DNA of 64,000 bases from an uncultured archaeon (GTDB taxonomy: Archaea > Iainarchaeota > Iainarchaeia > Iainarchaeales > CSSED10-239), in contig CAZCAP010000003.1 of NCBI GenBank assembly GCA_964496765.1, positions 991 through 64,990 on the forward strand, written 5' to 3'. The number at the start of each line of letters is the position of its first letter. The first letter of the stretch is position 1. The position numbers and the translations under genes were made by a program. The notes beneath the pieces are model-generated. The model ran no database searches. It was not told the DNA's origin and saw nothing but the letters and a program-made list of their open reading frames with translations. Below, one piece after another: positions 1-9,682 of this stretch.

Positions 1-812
1 TATCCTTTAAAGAATATTTATCTTTTATAAATTATAATTTTGATAATATTAATCTATATAATAAAGAGTTATTACAAAAATTCAATGAATATATAATTTC
101 CCAAGGATTCCCTGAATTAATAAGTAAAACAAATAAAGAAATAATAAAAAATTATACTTCAGGAATTATTGAAAAAGTAATATTTAGTGATATTGCAATT
201 CAGTTTAAAGTAAAAAATCCATCGGTTTTAGAATCAATAGTAAACATAATCTCAAATGAACCTGGGCAGATAATAGATAACAATGGTTTAGCAAAAGAAC
301 TTGGAATATCTAGGCAATTAGTCTCAACATATTTAAAATATTTATGTGATTCTTTCTTAGTTTTAAAACTATATAACTTTTCTAAAAACCAAAGAAAATC
401 AGAAAGAAAGCAAAAAAAATATTATCCAATTATTTTATCAAATCAATTAATATTTAGTGATGATTATCTTATTAAAACAAAAGTTTTTGAAAGTATTATT
501 GTTAGTCAATTAGAATCTAATTTTTTTTGGAGAACTCCTCAACAAAATGAAGTGGATGTTATATTAACCAAAGATAATAAAATAATTCCTATAGAAATAA
601 AATATGGCAAAATAGAAACTACAGGGCTTGTTAAGTTTTTAACAACCTTTAATTTAGATAAGGGATACATAATTAGTTATAATGAGGAAAAAATAATAAC
701 GAACAATGTTAAAATTAGAACTAATTCAAGTACCATCAAAGAAGTTCAGAAAACAATTTATGTTATTCCAGCATATAAGTTCTTGCTTCTTAAGGATAAA
801 TATTTATTCTAG
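1..812 (+). CDS. AAA+ ATPase, COG1373/DUF4143 family, C-terminal part (5' end lies outside the window)
   Basis: The frame starting at nt 3 has no stop codon up to 812, so the true ORF is longer than the 552-812 track entry. The translation SFKEYL..GFPEL..GISRQLVSTYLKYL..EVDVIL..IPIEIKYGK matches the complete paralog at 41986-43248 block by block. It has a C-terminal D...ExK (PD-(D/E)xK-like) motif. Confidence 0.75.
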   Translation, partial: SFKEYLSFINYNFDNINLYNKELLQKFNEYIISQGFPELISKTNKEIIKNYTSGIIEKVIFSDIAIQFKVKNPSVLESIVNIISNEPGQIIDNNGLAKELGISRQLVSTYLKYLCDSFLVLKLYNFSKNQRKSERKQKKYYPIILSNQLIFSDDYLIKTKVFESIIVSQLESNFFWRTPQQNEVDVILTKDNKIIPIEIKYGKIETTGLVKFLTTFNLDKGYIISYNEEKIITNNVKIRTNSSTIKEVQKTIYVIPAYKFLLLKDKYLF

Positions 813-3131
813 AGCCGATGCAACATCTTTTGCATCCTTCTTTTCTTCATTAATTCTCTTTACTATTTTTGGAGCAAAGGAATCATGATACCATTTCTTC
901 CAAATGGTTGTTACTTCTAGGTAGTCTATTCTCCCTTTTTCCTCAAGATAAACTTCCTTTAAAAGAAGTAGTTTATTATGTGTTGCAGCTGTGTTCTCTG
1001 CTTCCAATAATTCAATACAATTCATTTCATGTGCAACTTCTACTTGATACTCTTTTTCGGTTGCAAGCATCTTAATATTATCCCAAACCTCTTCTATTCC
1101 CATCCCTGAAAGCCTACATATTTTTGAAAATAATTCTGAGTCCTTGAGTGCATCTTCATTCAGGATTAATGTATCCTTTCCTGCGTCATACTCAAGTAGG
1201 TTAAGTAATCCACCTTCTGCATCAGGATCTTTATTCCAATGCTTTCTAACTTCCGTTATTTGAACTATTCTTCTATGACTCTTGAGAGAGCCCTTAAACC
1301 TAATTGGTTTACCAACCACAACCAGATCTGTTGCCTTAAATGAGGTGGTTGGAACCCCTAGATCGTTAACAACCCTATCCCATACAGCATATGCGGAGTC
1401 AGCGTGTATGGTTCCCATAACCACGTTCCCTGCTGCACCAATCCTCATTGCTTCATATAGCACTTTTGCTTCAACTGATCTAACCTCTCCAACAACCAGT
1501 GCTGAATCACCAAGTCTCAAGGCTGTTCTTAGTGCATCCTCTGGCTTAACCTCTGCACTCTCTTCACTAGCACCAATGGCTGACCTAGTTTTTAATCTTT
1601 GAATATTATATCCTATTTCCTTCATGTACTCAATTGGTAGTTCAAGAGTGTCCTCCTGAACAATAACTCTTGCGTTCTGAAGTATTTCAAGCATAAGTGC
1701 GGTCATGAGTGATGTTTTTCCAGAACCACGTGATCCAGCAACCAGAAGAGTACAATTATTATTTACAAAAAAAGATAACATTCCTGCTGCAAGTGGTGAT
1801 AAAGATTTAACATTAATTAATTGTGGAAGAGTCCATGGTGTTTCCTTGTGCAATCTAAATGCAAATGCTGTTCCATCTGTTGCAAGTGGTTTTCCAATAA
1901 TTGCAATTCTTGTGTTAAGATCAGCTAGATCATAGTCTAGTATGGGATGAGCATCATCAAATGGTCTTCCAGACATTGCTCTTATTTTTCCAACAAAGCT
2001 TTCTGCATCTCTATCAGTGTAGTTTATGTTTGTTTGGCATTGTCCATATTGTGAATGAACCAAATAAATTGGTTTTGCACCAAGTGGCGAATCTAAATAA
2101 ACATCAGTTACTCTCTTATCAGATAACAATAGCTCAAGTATTCCATAGCCAATGGTGTATCTTGTTACAATCTCTGATAGCGCATTAATGTCCTCTGCTG
2201 ATAAGTTTATGCTATATCTTCTTGCAACATCTGCAATCGTGCTTTGATAAATTCTTTCAAAATATTTTTTAGTGGATGTTCCTGTTGTTAGGGTTACTTT
2301 TCCTGGTTGATAGTTAGCAACAGTATCTTTTGTTTTAGTTAAAACAAAGTAATGATCAGGAGATAGAGTGTACTCAGGAGGATTAATAATATATTGATAT
2401 TCAATCTTATCTGGATGTTTGAATATTTGTACATTTGAATTAAGAACAGGATATTCATCCATTAATTGAAGTTTATCCATGTCTTCAAAGCTAATTCTTG
2501 AACCAATGAATGCAGGCTTGATTTCAACCTCAAACAATGCTCTATAAATTTCTGATAAATCAGAAAGGTCTGTTGATTTAATAAGCAATGGTTTTAATGT
2601 TCTTATGAACTTTGTTCTATCATACTCTTCTTTAATTAGGTTTAAATATTTTAAATTAGCTTTAAAGCATTCATTGCAGGGTTTACCCTGGGATTCATCA
2701 GCTCTTGATTTATTACTCTCGACTTCTCTTAATAATGAAAGATAGGAAGCAATTGGATCATAGGATAATAGATCTCTTGCAAACTTTAGTATATTATTAT
2801 GTCTTTCAGGATAGCATTCATCACAATCTATGTCCTTTACTCCAAGATGGGATGAAACCCAAACAGCTTTATTTTCAAAACTAATAAGTAGGTTTACCAT
2901 TTCCTTTAAATAATTAGTTTGTTCTTCTCCATATACTCTCTCATAAACATCAGCAAGAATAACCTCATCAGCATCAACTGTTTCAAGTATCTTCATTACA
3001 TGATATCTACATCTTGGATCATCAGAGATAGACGTGTTATAAACACAATTACGGCAATCAAAAGCAAGCTTCTTTTTATTCCCCTCTGTGGTAACCACAT
3101 AGTTACCAACTGCATATTTTCCAATCTTCAT
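804..3131 (-). CDS. Secretion-superfamily ATPase (FlaI/PilB/VirB11/GspE-like) with a long Cys-rich N-terminal region
   Basis: Walker A GSRGSGKTS and acidic box VIVQEDTLELP are typical of type II/IV secretion and archaeal pilus/archaellum ATPases. The roughly 330-aa N-terminal extension carries Cys pairs (CRNC..C.YH, CDEC, CNEC). The 3' end overlaps the convergent ATPase ORF by 9 nt. Confidence 0.8.
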   Translation of the reverse strand: MKIGKYAVGNYVVTTEGNKKKLAFDCRNCVYNTSISDDPRCRYHVMKILETVDADEVILADVYERVYGEEQTNYLKEMVNLLISFENKAVWVSSHLGVKDIDCDECYPERHNNILKFARDLLSYDPIASYLSLLREVESNKSRADESQGKPCNECFKANLKYLNLIKEEYDRTKFIRTLKPLLIKSTDLSDLSEIYRALFEVEIKPAFIGSRISFEDMDKLQLMDEYPVLNSNVQIFKHPDKIEYQYIINPPEYTLSPDHYFVLTKTKDTVANYQPGKVTLTTGTSTKKYFERIYQSTIADVARRYSINLSAEDINALSEIVTRYTIGYGILELLLSDKRVTDVYLDSPLGAKPIYLVHSQYGQCQTNINYTDRDAESFVGKIRAMSGRPFDDAHPILDYDLADLNTRIAIIGKPLATDGTAFAFRLHKETPWTLPQLINVKSLSPLAAGMLSFFVNNNCTLLVAGSRGSGKTSLMTALMLEILQNARVIVQEDTLELPIEYMKEIGYNIQRLKTRSAIGASEESAEVKPEDALRTALRLGDSALVVGEVRSVEAKVLYEAMRIGAAGNVVMGTIHADSAYAVWDRVVNDLGVPTTSFKATDLVVVGKPIRFKGSLKSHRRIVQITEVRKHWNKDPDAEGGLLNLLEYDAGKDTLILNEDALKDSELFSKICRLSGMGIEEVWDNIKMLATEKEYQVEVAHEMNCIELLEAENTAATHNKLLLLKEVYLEEKGRIDYLEVTTIWKKWYHDSFAPKIVKRINEEKKDAKDVASALE

Positions 3132-3287
3132 GAGTAAATGCCTTTTTTATATAATATATTATTATAATCTCTGTTATTATATATATCTTTAATATTTTTA
3201 TATATTTGTATTATACTTCCTTTTAATAACTTTTCCTTTTAATAATTATATACTACTTTAGATTAAATTTAAATGGGTTGAATAACT

Positions 3288-4616
3288 ATGGTAACAACAT
3301 TAAATGATGCAAATGAAATTTATAATAAAATTAAGCTTGATACTAGTAAGGATGATAGTGAACTATCAATTGAGCTAGAAAAAATAAAAACCAAATATCA
3401 AGGTCTTCTTTCGGATGTTGGAGCAAACATAATGCTTGCTAAGTCTTTAGGAGTTAATCTTGATCTCAAAAGAACAAATGCTTTTCTTAAGATATCTGAA
3501 ATCAATCCTGGTCTTGATGGGGTTTCTCTCTATGCAAGAGTTAAGTCCATTTCACCAGTAAGAACATTTACTGGAAAGGACGGAGGAACAGGAACTGTTC
3601 AATCAGTTTTTCTTTCTGATGAAACAGGATCAATTAAACTAAGTCTATGGCATGATAAAACAAATCTAGTTACTGAACTTGGACTTGATAAAAATACTTT
3701 ACTATTAATTAAGGATGCCTATGTTTCAACCTACAATGATAAAACAGAATTGTCCCTAAGACAGGGTGGAAGCATAACCATAGAATCCAATAGCTCTCTT
3801 GTTCCTAAGATTTCAGAAAACTTTATGTCTTTATCTGACATCTCTTCTGCCTATGAGTTTACAATAGACACAGTTGGAAGAATAACAAACATCTATCCAG
3901 AAAAAGAGTTTATGGATAAGGATGGGAAACCAAGAAAATTAATCTCAATTGAAATATCTGATGGAAAGAGAAGCATTAGATGTACCTCCTTTGATACTCA
4001 TGTCGAGTTTATTAAAACCAATTTTACAAAAGGAGATATAATTAAGCTTTGTGATGTTAGAGTAAAAGATGGACTCTATGATCAGGAAATAAACATTAAT
4101 TGGAACTCAACTATTATTAAAAATCCAAAAACAAAAGAAGTTATTCCTCCATTGAAGGATATGATTTCAAACAAGATTGAAAAAGGAACCATTTCAACAC
4201 TTACAGAAAACAAACCCTATCTTCTTGAAGGGGTTATTGTTTCAATAAATAAAAATAAACTAAGATATTTTAAATGCCCAACCTGTCAAGAAAAAATACA
4301 ATCAATTGAAGGAGAGTTTATTTGCGAGAAATGCAATAAATCAGTTGATCCAATAGTTAATATATTTGGTTCAATTGATATTGATGATGGAACAGGGGTT
4401 ATTAGAATTGTCTTCTTTAATGATATTGCAACAAAATTATATTCTTTAAACCCACAGGATCTTAAGAAAGAACTAACCGAAGAAGAAAGAAATGAAATAT
4501 TTGATACTTTGGAAGCAAACCTAGCTGGAAAGAAAATATCAATTACTGGAAGAGGAAGAATGAATAATTTCTCTGGAAAAGTTGAGTTCCTTTGTGATTC
4601 TTTAGAATTAATTTAA
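3288..4616 (+). CDS. Replication protein A (ssDNA-binding, multi-OB fold with zinc ribbon)
   Basis: Repeated OB-fold-like segments are present (for example VSLYARVKSISPVRTF..GTVQSVFLSDETGSIKLSLW). A C4 zinc ribbon CPTCQEK..CEKCNK sits inside the last OB fold. The gene lies near mcm. Confidence 0.8.
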   Translation: MVTTLNDANEIYNKIKLDTSKDDSELSIELEKIKTKYQGLLSDVGANIMLAKSLGVNLDLKRTNAFLKISEINPGLDGVSLYARVKSISPVRTFTGKDGGTGTVQSVFLSDETGSIKLSLWHDKTNLVTELGLDKNTLLLIKDAYVSTYNDKTELSLRQGGSITIESNSSLVPKISENFMSLSDISSAYEFTIDTVGRITNIYPEKEFMDKDGKPRKLISIEISDGKRSIRCTSFDTHVEFIKTNFTKGDIIKLCDVRVKDGLYDQEININWNSTIIKNPKTKEVIPPLKDMISNKIEKGTISTLTENKPYLLEGVIVSINKNKLRYFKCPTCQEKIQSIEGEFICEKCNKSVDPIVNIFGSIDIDDGTGVIRIVFFNDIATKLYSLNPQDLKKELTEEERNEIFDTLEANLAGKKISITGRGRMNNFSGKVEFLCDSLELI

Positions 4617-4881
4617 TTCTTTAGAAGGGGGTTAGTTTGATTTGCGCCACATTTCAAGAGGGGCTGGTTCATTTTCCAAACTAAATCTTATTATATTTGC
4701 TTTCCTTCTTATTATATATTGAAATTTTCAATCCGCTTTTCTTTTGGGAAACACTTGGTTAATAGTTAAAATGCCTTTTAATAACTAATTAACATCCAAC
4801 AAAACAAAGAACAGGAAGGGGATTTGCTTGGCCAGGTACCCTCCCAAAAAGAATATATCCAATCAATTTTATAATATATGT

Positions 4882-4886
4882 GGTGA
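4882..4886 (+). promoter_or_regulatory. Shine-Dalgarno GGTGA for the Bro-N gene
   Basis: GGTGA lies 6 nt upstream of the ATG at 4893, the same motif and spacing seen at many genes in this window. Confidence 0.6.
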
Positions 4887-4892
4887 CCTCTA

Positions 4893-5741
4893 ATGAATAT
4901 TGATGATAAGAAGAAGTTGATTGTGTTCGAAAATAAAAAGATAAGAAGAATCTGGCATAGTGATGATTGGTTCTTTTCAGTTGTTGATGTGGTTGGTGCA
5001 TTAACTGATAGTGATAATCCTAGAAATTATTGGAATATGCTTAAAATTAGAGAACAAGAGTCTAATGGAATTGAACTGTACACAAATTGTGTACAGTTGA
5101 AATTGGTTGCAGAAGATGGAAAATTAAGAGAAACTGATTGTGCAAACCTAGAAGGAATATTTAGAATTATTCAATCTATTCCATCAAAGAAAGCTGAACC
5201 ATTCAAACTATGGCTAGCAAAAGTTGGAAATGAGAGAATTAATGAGATGCATGATCCAGAGCTTACCATAGATCGAGCAATGAGAGATTATCTAAGAAAA
5301 GGATACTCAAAGGAATGGATTAATCAAAGATTAAAAACAATTGAAGTAAGAAAAGATCTAACTGATGAATGGAATAGGGTTGGAATAGAAAATGATTTGG
5401 ATTATGCGATTCTCACAAATGAGCTTACAAAAGCATGGTCTGGAAAAACAGTTGGAGAGTACAAGAAATTAAAGAATATTAAAAAAGAAAATCTTAGAGA
5501 TAATATGACTAATCTTGAATTAGTCTTAAATATGCTTGCAGAAGCAACCACTACAGAGATTTCAAAAAAGGATGATCCAAAAACATTTACTGAAAGCAAA
5601 CAAATTGCAAACAAGGGTGGAACCATTGCAGGAAATGCAAGAAAGGAGATTGAAACACATCTAGGTAAGTGTGTTGTAACATCAAGAAATGCAAAAAATT
5701 TTCGTTTAGAAAAAAAGGACAAACAAAAATTAATAAAATAA
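4893..5741 (+). CDS. Bro-N domain protein, DinD-like (family common in phages and mobile elements)
   Basis: The N-terminal pattern is FENKKIRRIWHSDDWFFSVVDVVGALT..NYW..DGKLRETD..EGIFRIIQSIPSKKAEPFKLWLA. The C-terminal half resembles DinD-type proteins as I remember them. Confidence 0.7.
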   Translation: MNIDDKKKLIVFENKKIRRIWHSDDWFFSVVDVVGALTDSDNPRNYWNMLKIREQESNGIELYTNCVQLKLVAEDGKLRETDCANLEGIFRIIQSIPSKKAEPFKLWLAKVGNERINEMHDPELTIDRAMRDYLRKGYSKEWINQRLKTIEVRKDLTDEWNRVGIENDLDYAILTNELTKAWSGKTVGEYKKLKNIKKENLRDNMTNLELVLNMLAEATTTEISKKDDPKTFTESKQIANKGGTIAGNARKEIETHLGKCVVTSRNAKNFRLEKKDKQKLIK

Positions 5742-5755
5742 ATTTGTGATTAAAA

Positions 5756-7903
5756 ATGGTTGAAGATTTTGATTTTGAAGATTTTGAAACAACAGAAAAC
5801 ATAACAAGAACAAATGTAACCGTTGATGAATACATAAACACGTTTCTTGAATTCTTTGAAAGTATATGTAAAAGAGATATTGAATTTCTTGCATCTAATT
5901 ATCCCACTGAAAGAAGTCTGATGGTTGATTATAAAAAACTAGAAGATTTTGATTTATCTTTTGCAGAAAAACTTCTTGAAAACCCAAACCTCCTATTGGA
6001 AGCAGCAAACATTGCAATCAAGAAAATGGATGTGGGTATTCTAGATGCAGAAATTGAAATGAAGTTTGAACCAATCGTTAGATTCTTTAATATTCCAAAG
6101 GAATATATGATTGAGATCAGAGATATTGGTGCAGAACAAATTTCTAAATTAATTTCTGTTGAAGGTACCATTAGAATAACAACTGAAAGACTTGAAAAAT
6201 TAACTCTTGCACATTTTGTTTGTAAATCCTGTGGAACAAGCGTGGATATTATTCAAAAAACCCAGATCATGGTTAAACCTTTATTTTGTCCTGATTGTAA
6301 AAAACGTGATTTTGATTTAGATCTTGATCAAAGTAAATTTATAGATTACCAAAAACTAAACATGCAGGAACCTCTTGAAAATCTAAAGGGTAGTGATCAA
6401 GCAAACAATATAGAGGTATTTATTTCTGATGATCTTGTTAATCTTTGTTCCGCTGGTGATAAAATAATTGTTACTGGAATCATGAAGCTAAGACCACCAA
6501 AGGGAGATCAAAATATTTATACAAAATATATTCTTGCAAATCATATTGAACAGATAGATCAGGAATACAGTGAACTTAAAATTTCTCCAGAAGAGGAACA
6601 GGAGATTAGTGAGCTTTCAAAAAAAGGAGATGTTTATGATTTATTATCTGAATCTGTTGCTCCAATGATTTTTGGACATGAGGTTGTTAAGGAAGCAATC
6701 ACCTTACAAATGTTTGGTGGTGTGAAAAAAGAATTTGCTAAGCAATCACTAAGAGGAAACATACACATTCTATTGGTAGGAGATCCATCAACTGGAAAAT
6801 CACAATTATTAAAATATGCAGACATTCTTGCTCCAAAAAGTATTTATGTTGCAGGAAAAACAGCATCTGGTGCTGGTTTAACTGTTTCTGCAGTAAAGGA
6901 TGAGTTTGGAGATGGAGGTTGGACTCTTAAGGCTGGTGCTGTTGTTCTTGCTAGTGGTGGAATGGCGATGATTGATGAATTTGATAAAATGCTACCTGAT
7001 GATCGTTCAGCTCTTCACGAAGCAATGGCCCAGGGAACTGTTTCTGTTTCGAAGGCAGGGCTTTACACAAAATTTAAAGCAGACACATCCATTCTTGCGG
7101 CCGCAAACCCAAAATACAATAGATTTGATAGATATAAAAATCCAATTGAACAAATTGATCTTCCCTTTTCACTAATTTCTAGATTTGATTTGTATTTTAT
7201 TATTCCAGATATCCTAGATAGAGGAATGGATTTAAATATTACTAAACACATTTTAAAAACACACAGACTTGCTCAGCAGTACACAGGTATTGAAAAAAAC
7301 AAATCAATTTCAAAAGAAGAATTACAAATTATTGAAAAAGAAATTTCTCCAAAGATTAGGCCCGATTTATTTAAAAAATATGTTGCCTATGCTAGACAGA
7401 ACATAACTCCTGTTCTTTCTGAAGAAGCATCAAACAAGATACTTAATTATTATGTTGAGTTAAGAGATTTAGGGAGAGGAAAGAAAAGCTTCACAGCCAC
7501 TCCTCGTCAATTGGAAGGGTTAATTAGATTATCAGAAGCAAGTGCAAGAGTTAAACTTAAATCAGTTATTGATCCAAGCGATGCAGATAGAGCAATAAGA
7601 ATATTTAAAACCTCTTTAGAGCAAACTGCAACAGATAAGGAGACTGGAGTAATTGATATTGATATATTAACCACTGGACAATCACAGAGTGAAAGAAACT
7701 TCATGAAAAACATTACAAAATTAATTAGAGATTTGACTGTGGATGGAAACCCAGTTGCTGTGTCCAAGGTTCTTGAAATGGCTGTTAAGGAAAACATGCC
7801 TGAAGAAAGAGTAAGAGAAGCAATCTCTAAGCTTAAGAAGATTGGAGACCTCTATGAACCAAGAGCAGGTCTTTTAAAAGTAACGGAGCCAGATAATATC
7901 TAA
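5756..7903 (+). CDS. mcm: MCM replicative helicase
   Basis: Zinc finger CKSCG..CPDCKK, Walker A GDPSTGKSQ, Walker B MIDEFDKM, arginine-finger region SRFDL, and a C-terminal winged-helix-like tail. No intein is present. Confidence 0.97.
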   Translation: MVEDFDFEDFETTENITRTNVTVDEYINTFLEFFESICKRDIEFLASNYPTERSLMVDYKKLEDFDLSFAEKLLENPNLLLEAANIAIKKMDVGILDAEIEMKFEPIVRFFNIPKEYMIEIRDIGAEQISKLISVEGTIRITTERLEKLTLAHFVCKSCGTSVDIIQKTQIMVKPLFCPDCKKRDFDLDLDQSKFIDYQKLNMQEPLENLKGSDQANNIEVFISDDLVNLCSAGDKIIVTGIMKLRPPKGDQNIYTKYILANHIEQIDQEYSELKISPEEEQEISELSKKGDVYDLLSESVAPMIFGHEVVKEAITLQMFGGVKKEFAKQSLRGNIHILLVGDPSTGKSQLLKYADILAPKSIYVAGKTASGAGLTVSAVKDEFGDGGWTLKAGAVVLASGGMAMIDEFDKMLPDDRSALHEAMAQGTVSVSKAGLYTKFKADTSILAAANPKYNRFDRYKNPIEQIDLPFSLISRFDLYFIIPDILDRGMDLNITKHILKTHRLAQQYTGIEKNKSISKEELQIIEKEISPKIRPDLFKKYVAYARQNITPVLSEEASNKILNYYVELRDLGRGKKSFTATPRQLEGLIRLSEASARVKLKSVIDPSDADRAIRIFKTSLEQTATDKETGVIDIDILTTGQSQSERNFMKNITKLIRDLTVDGNPVAVSKVLEMAVKENMPEERVREAISKLKKIGDLYEPRAGLLKVTEPDNI

Positions 7904-7926
7904 TAAATAAATAAGATTGATTAGGA

Positions 7927-8832
7927 ATGAAATTAAAAACCAAGAATAAAACTAGTGTTAGAAAATCAAAACAGAAAAAACTAGAGAAACTAAAAAGTAA
8001 TTCCTATTTGATTTATCTTATTCTTATTTTTCTTTGTGTTCAAATAATTGGATTGGTTGTTGCTTCCTACTATTCAACTGCAGGAGTAATCAAAGGGGTA
8101 TTAACGGATGATCCAAACGATATTATTAATGCTCTTTTTATAATTGGAGAAATACTTGTTTTTACTGGTATTATTCTTTTGTTAAAAAGATTTTTTAAAA
8201 GTAGTAATTATCTTTATGTTTTTGAATTTCTTGCATTGTTTGTGGGAATGGTTGTTGTTTTTGATGTTTTTTTATCCTACTTTCTTGCAATAATTATTTC
8301 ATTTATTCTTTTATTTATAAAAAGATATTTGAAGGATAAACTAAAACTTAAGAAACTACTAATGTGGTATAATAATATTTTACTTGGGCTTGCAATTGCT
8401 GGAGCAGGAGCAATTATTGGTTTGTCTCTTGGGTTAATCCCAATCATTGTTTTTCTGGTTCTTCTTTCAATCTATGATATCATAGCTGTTTTTTATACTA
8501 AACACATGGTAACTCTTGCAAAAATGTTTATTAAAAAAAAGATTGCATTGACTTTCTCAATACCATCCAAGAAAAAGGTTTTTCAGCTAGGAGGAGGAGA
8601 CATTGTTATCCCTCTAACGCTTTCAGCAAGTTATTTTTTCATATTAATCAAAAGTTTTTCTTTCTACATTTCAATTATCCCAATCATTTTTATTTGGGTT
8701 GCTTCTCTTCTTGGACTTATTTGGACTTTCTGGATTTTAAAAACAGGAAAAGCAAAGGTTATGCCTGCTCTTCCAGCTCAAACCCTTCTTATGCTGATTG
8801 TTGTGATAATTAGTTATATTCTTCTTTTTTGA
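7927..8832 (+). CDS. Presenilin/signal-peptide-peptidase-like intramembrane aspartyl protease (A22 family)
   Basis: A polytopic membrane protein with the three signature motifs in order: YD (LSIYDIIAVF), GxGD (LGGGDIVIPL) and PAL (MPALPAQ). Confidence 0.8.
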   Translation: MKLKTKNKTSVRKSKQKKLEKLKSNSYLIYLILIFLCVQIIGLVVASYYSTAGVIKGVLTDDPNDIINALFIIGEILVFTGIILLLKRFFKSSNYLYVFEFLALFVGMVVVFDVFLSYFLAIIISFILLFIKRYLKDKLKLKKLLMWYNNILLGLAIAGAGAIIGLSLGLIPIIVFLVLLSIYDIIAVFYTKHMVTLAKMFIKKKIALTFSIPSKKKVFQLGGGDIVIPLTLSASYFFILIKSFSFYISIIPIIFIWVASLLGLIWTFWILKTGKAKVMPALPAQTLLMLIVVIISYILLF

Positions 8833-8898
8833 TTAATTTCCTTTCATTTTTAAATAGTTCCTACAATATATTATATAAGAACAAGCAAATGTGATAGA

Positions 8899-9351
8899 AT
8901 GAGTGAAGTAAAAACTAAACCAAAAACAGAACCAAAGGAATTAGATTTAAATTATAAGGAACTTCTTTCAAGAATTTATATGGCTCTTCCAGAAAGAACC
9001 ACAGGAGATTCTCGTTTTGAGCTCCCTCAAATTGAATCAATTATACAGGGTAAACAAACTATTTGGAAAAACTTTAGTAAGTGCGCAAAGGATCTTAAAA
9101 GAGATCAGAATCAATTGTATAAGTTCGTTATGAAAGAAATATCCACCTCTTCAGCAATTACAAATCAAACTCTTGTTTTAAATGGAATTTTTAATAACTA
9201 TAAACTTAATCAAATATTAACTAAATATATTAATAATTTTGTTTTGTGTTCCGAATGTAAGAAACCAGACACAGAAATTGTTTCACAAGCAGGAATCAAA
9301 GTTCTTAAGTGTTCTGCCTGTGGTGCAATAACACCATTACAAAAATTATGA
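8899..9351 (+). CDS. eif2b: Translation initiation factor aIF-2 beta subunit
   Basis: Contains the eIF2-beta/eIF5 core and a C-terminal zinc ribbon, CSECKKPDTEIV..LKCSACGA. Confidence 0.9.
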   Translation: MSEVKTKPKTEPKELDLNYKELLSRIYMALPERTTGDSRFELPQIESIIQGKQTIWKNFSKCAKDLKRDQNQLYKFVMKEISTSSAITNQTLVLNGIFNNYKLNQILTKYINNFVLCSECKKPDTEIVSQAGIKVLKCSACGAITPLQKL

Positions 9352-9372
9352 ATTTAAATTAGGATTAGAAAA

Positions 9373-9663
9373 ATGATTGGCAAAAAACACAATATAGGTG
9401 GCAAAAGTATATTTGCGGCCTGCGATAGAGAATTACTAAACAAAAAGATAGAATATGAAGATGTAATTATTGATATTAATGAATCTTTCTTTGGAAATAC
9501 AGAAGTTACTAAAGAAGAAATCGTTAAAGCAATTAGAGATTGTGATAGTGCTAATGTTTTTGGTACCAAAGTTTGTAACATTCTAATCACAAACAAATTA
9601 ATATTAAAGGAAAATTTAATTTATATTGGTGATGTGCCTCACACACAAATATATAAATTATAA
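9373..9663 (+). CDS. DUF424 family protein
   Basis: The pattern is AACDRELLNKK..INESFFGN..VFG..IGDVPHTQIY. Its position next to aIF2-beta matches the usual archaeal neighbourhood. Confidence 0.6.
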   Translation: MIGKKHNIGGKSIFAACDRELLNKKIEYEDVIIDINESFFGNTEVTKEEIVKAIRDCDSANVFGTKVCNILITNKLILKENLIYIGDVPHTQIYKL

Positions 9664-9671
9664 AAATTAAA

Positions 9672-9676
9672 GGTGA
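9672..9676 (+). promoter_or_regulatory. Shine-Dalgarno GGTGA for aIF-1A
   Basis: GGTGA lies 6 nt upstream of the TTG start at 9683. Confidence 0.6.
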
Positions 9677-9682
9677 ATAAAT

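Noticed and set aside
4789-5001. 70-aa minus-strand ORF spanning the spacer and the Bro-N gene start.
   Set aside because: It is antisense to the RBS-supported Bro-N ORF and has no independent support.
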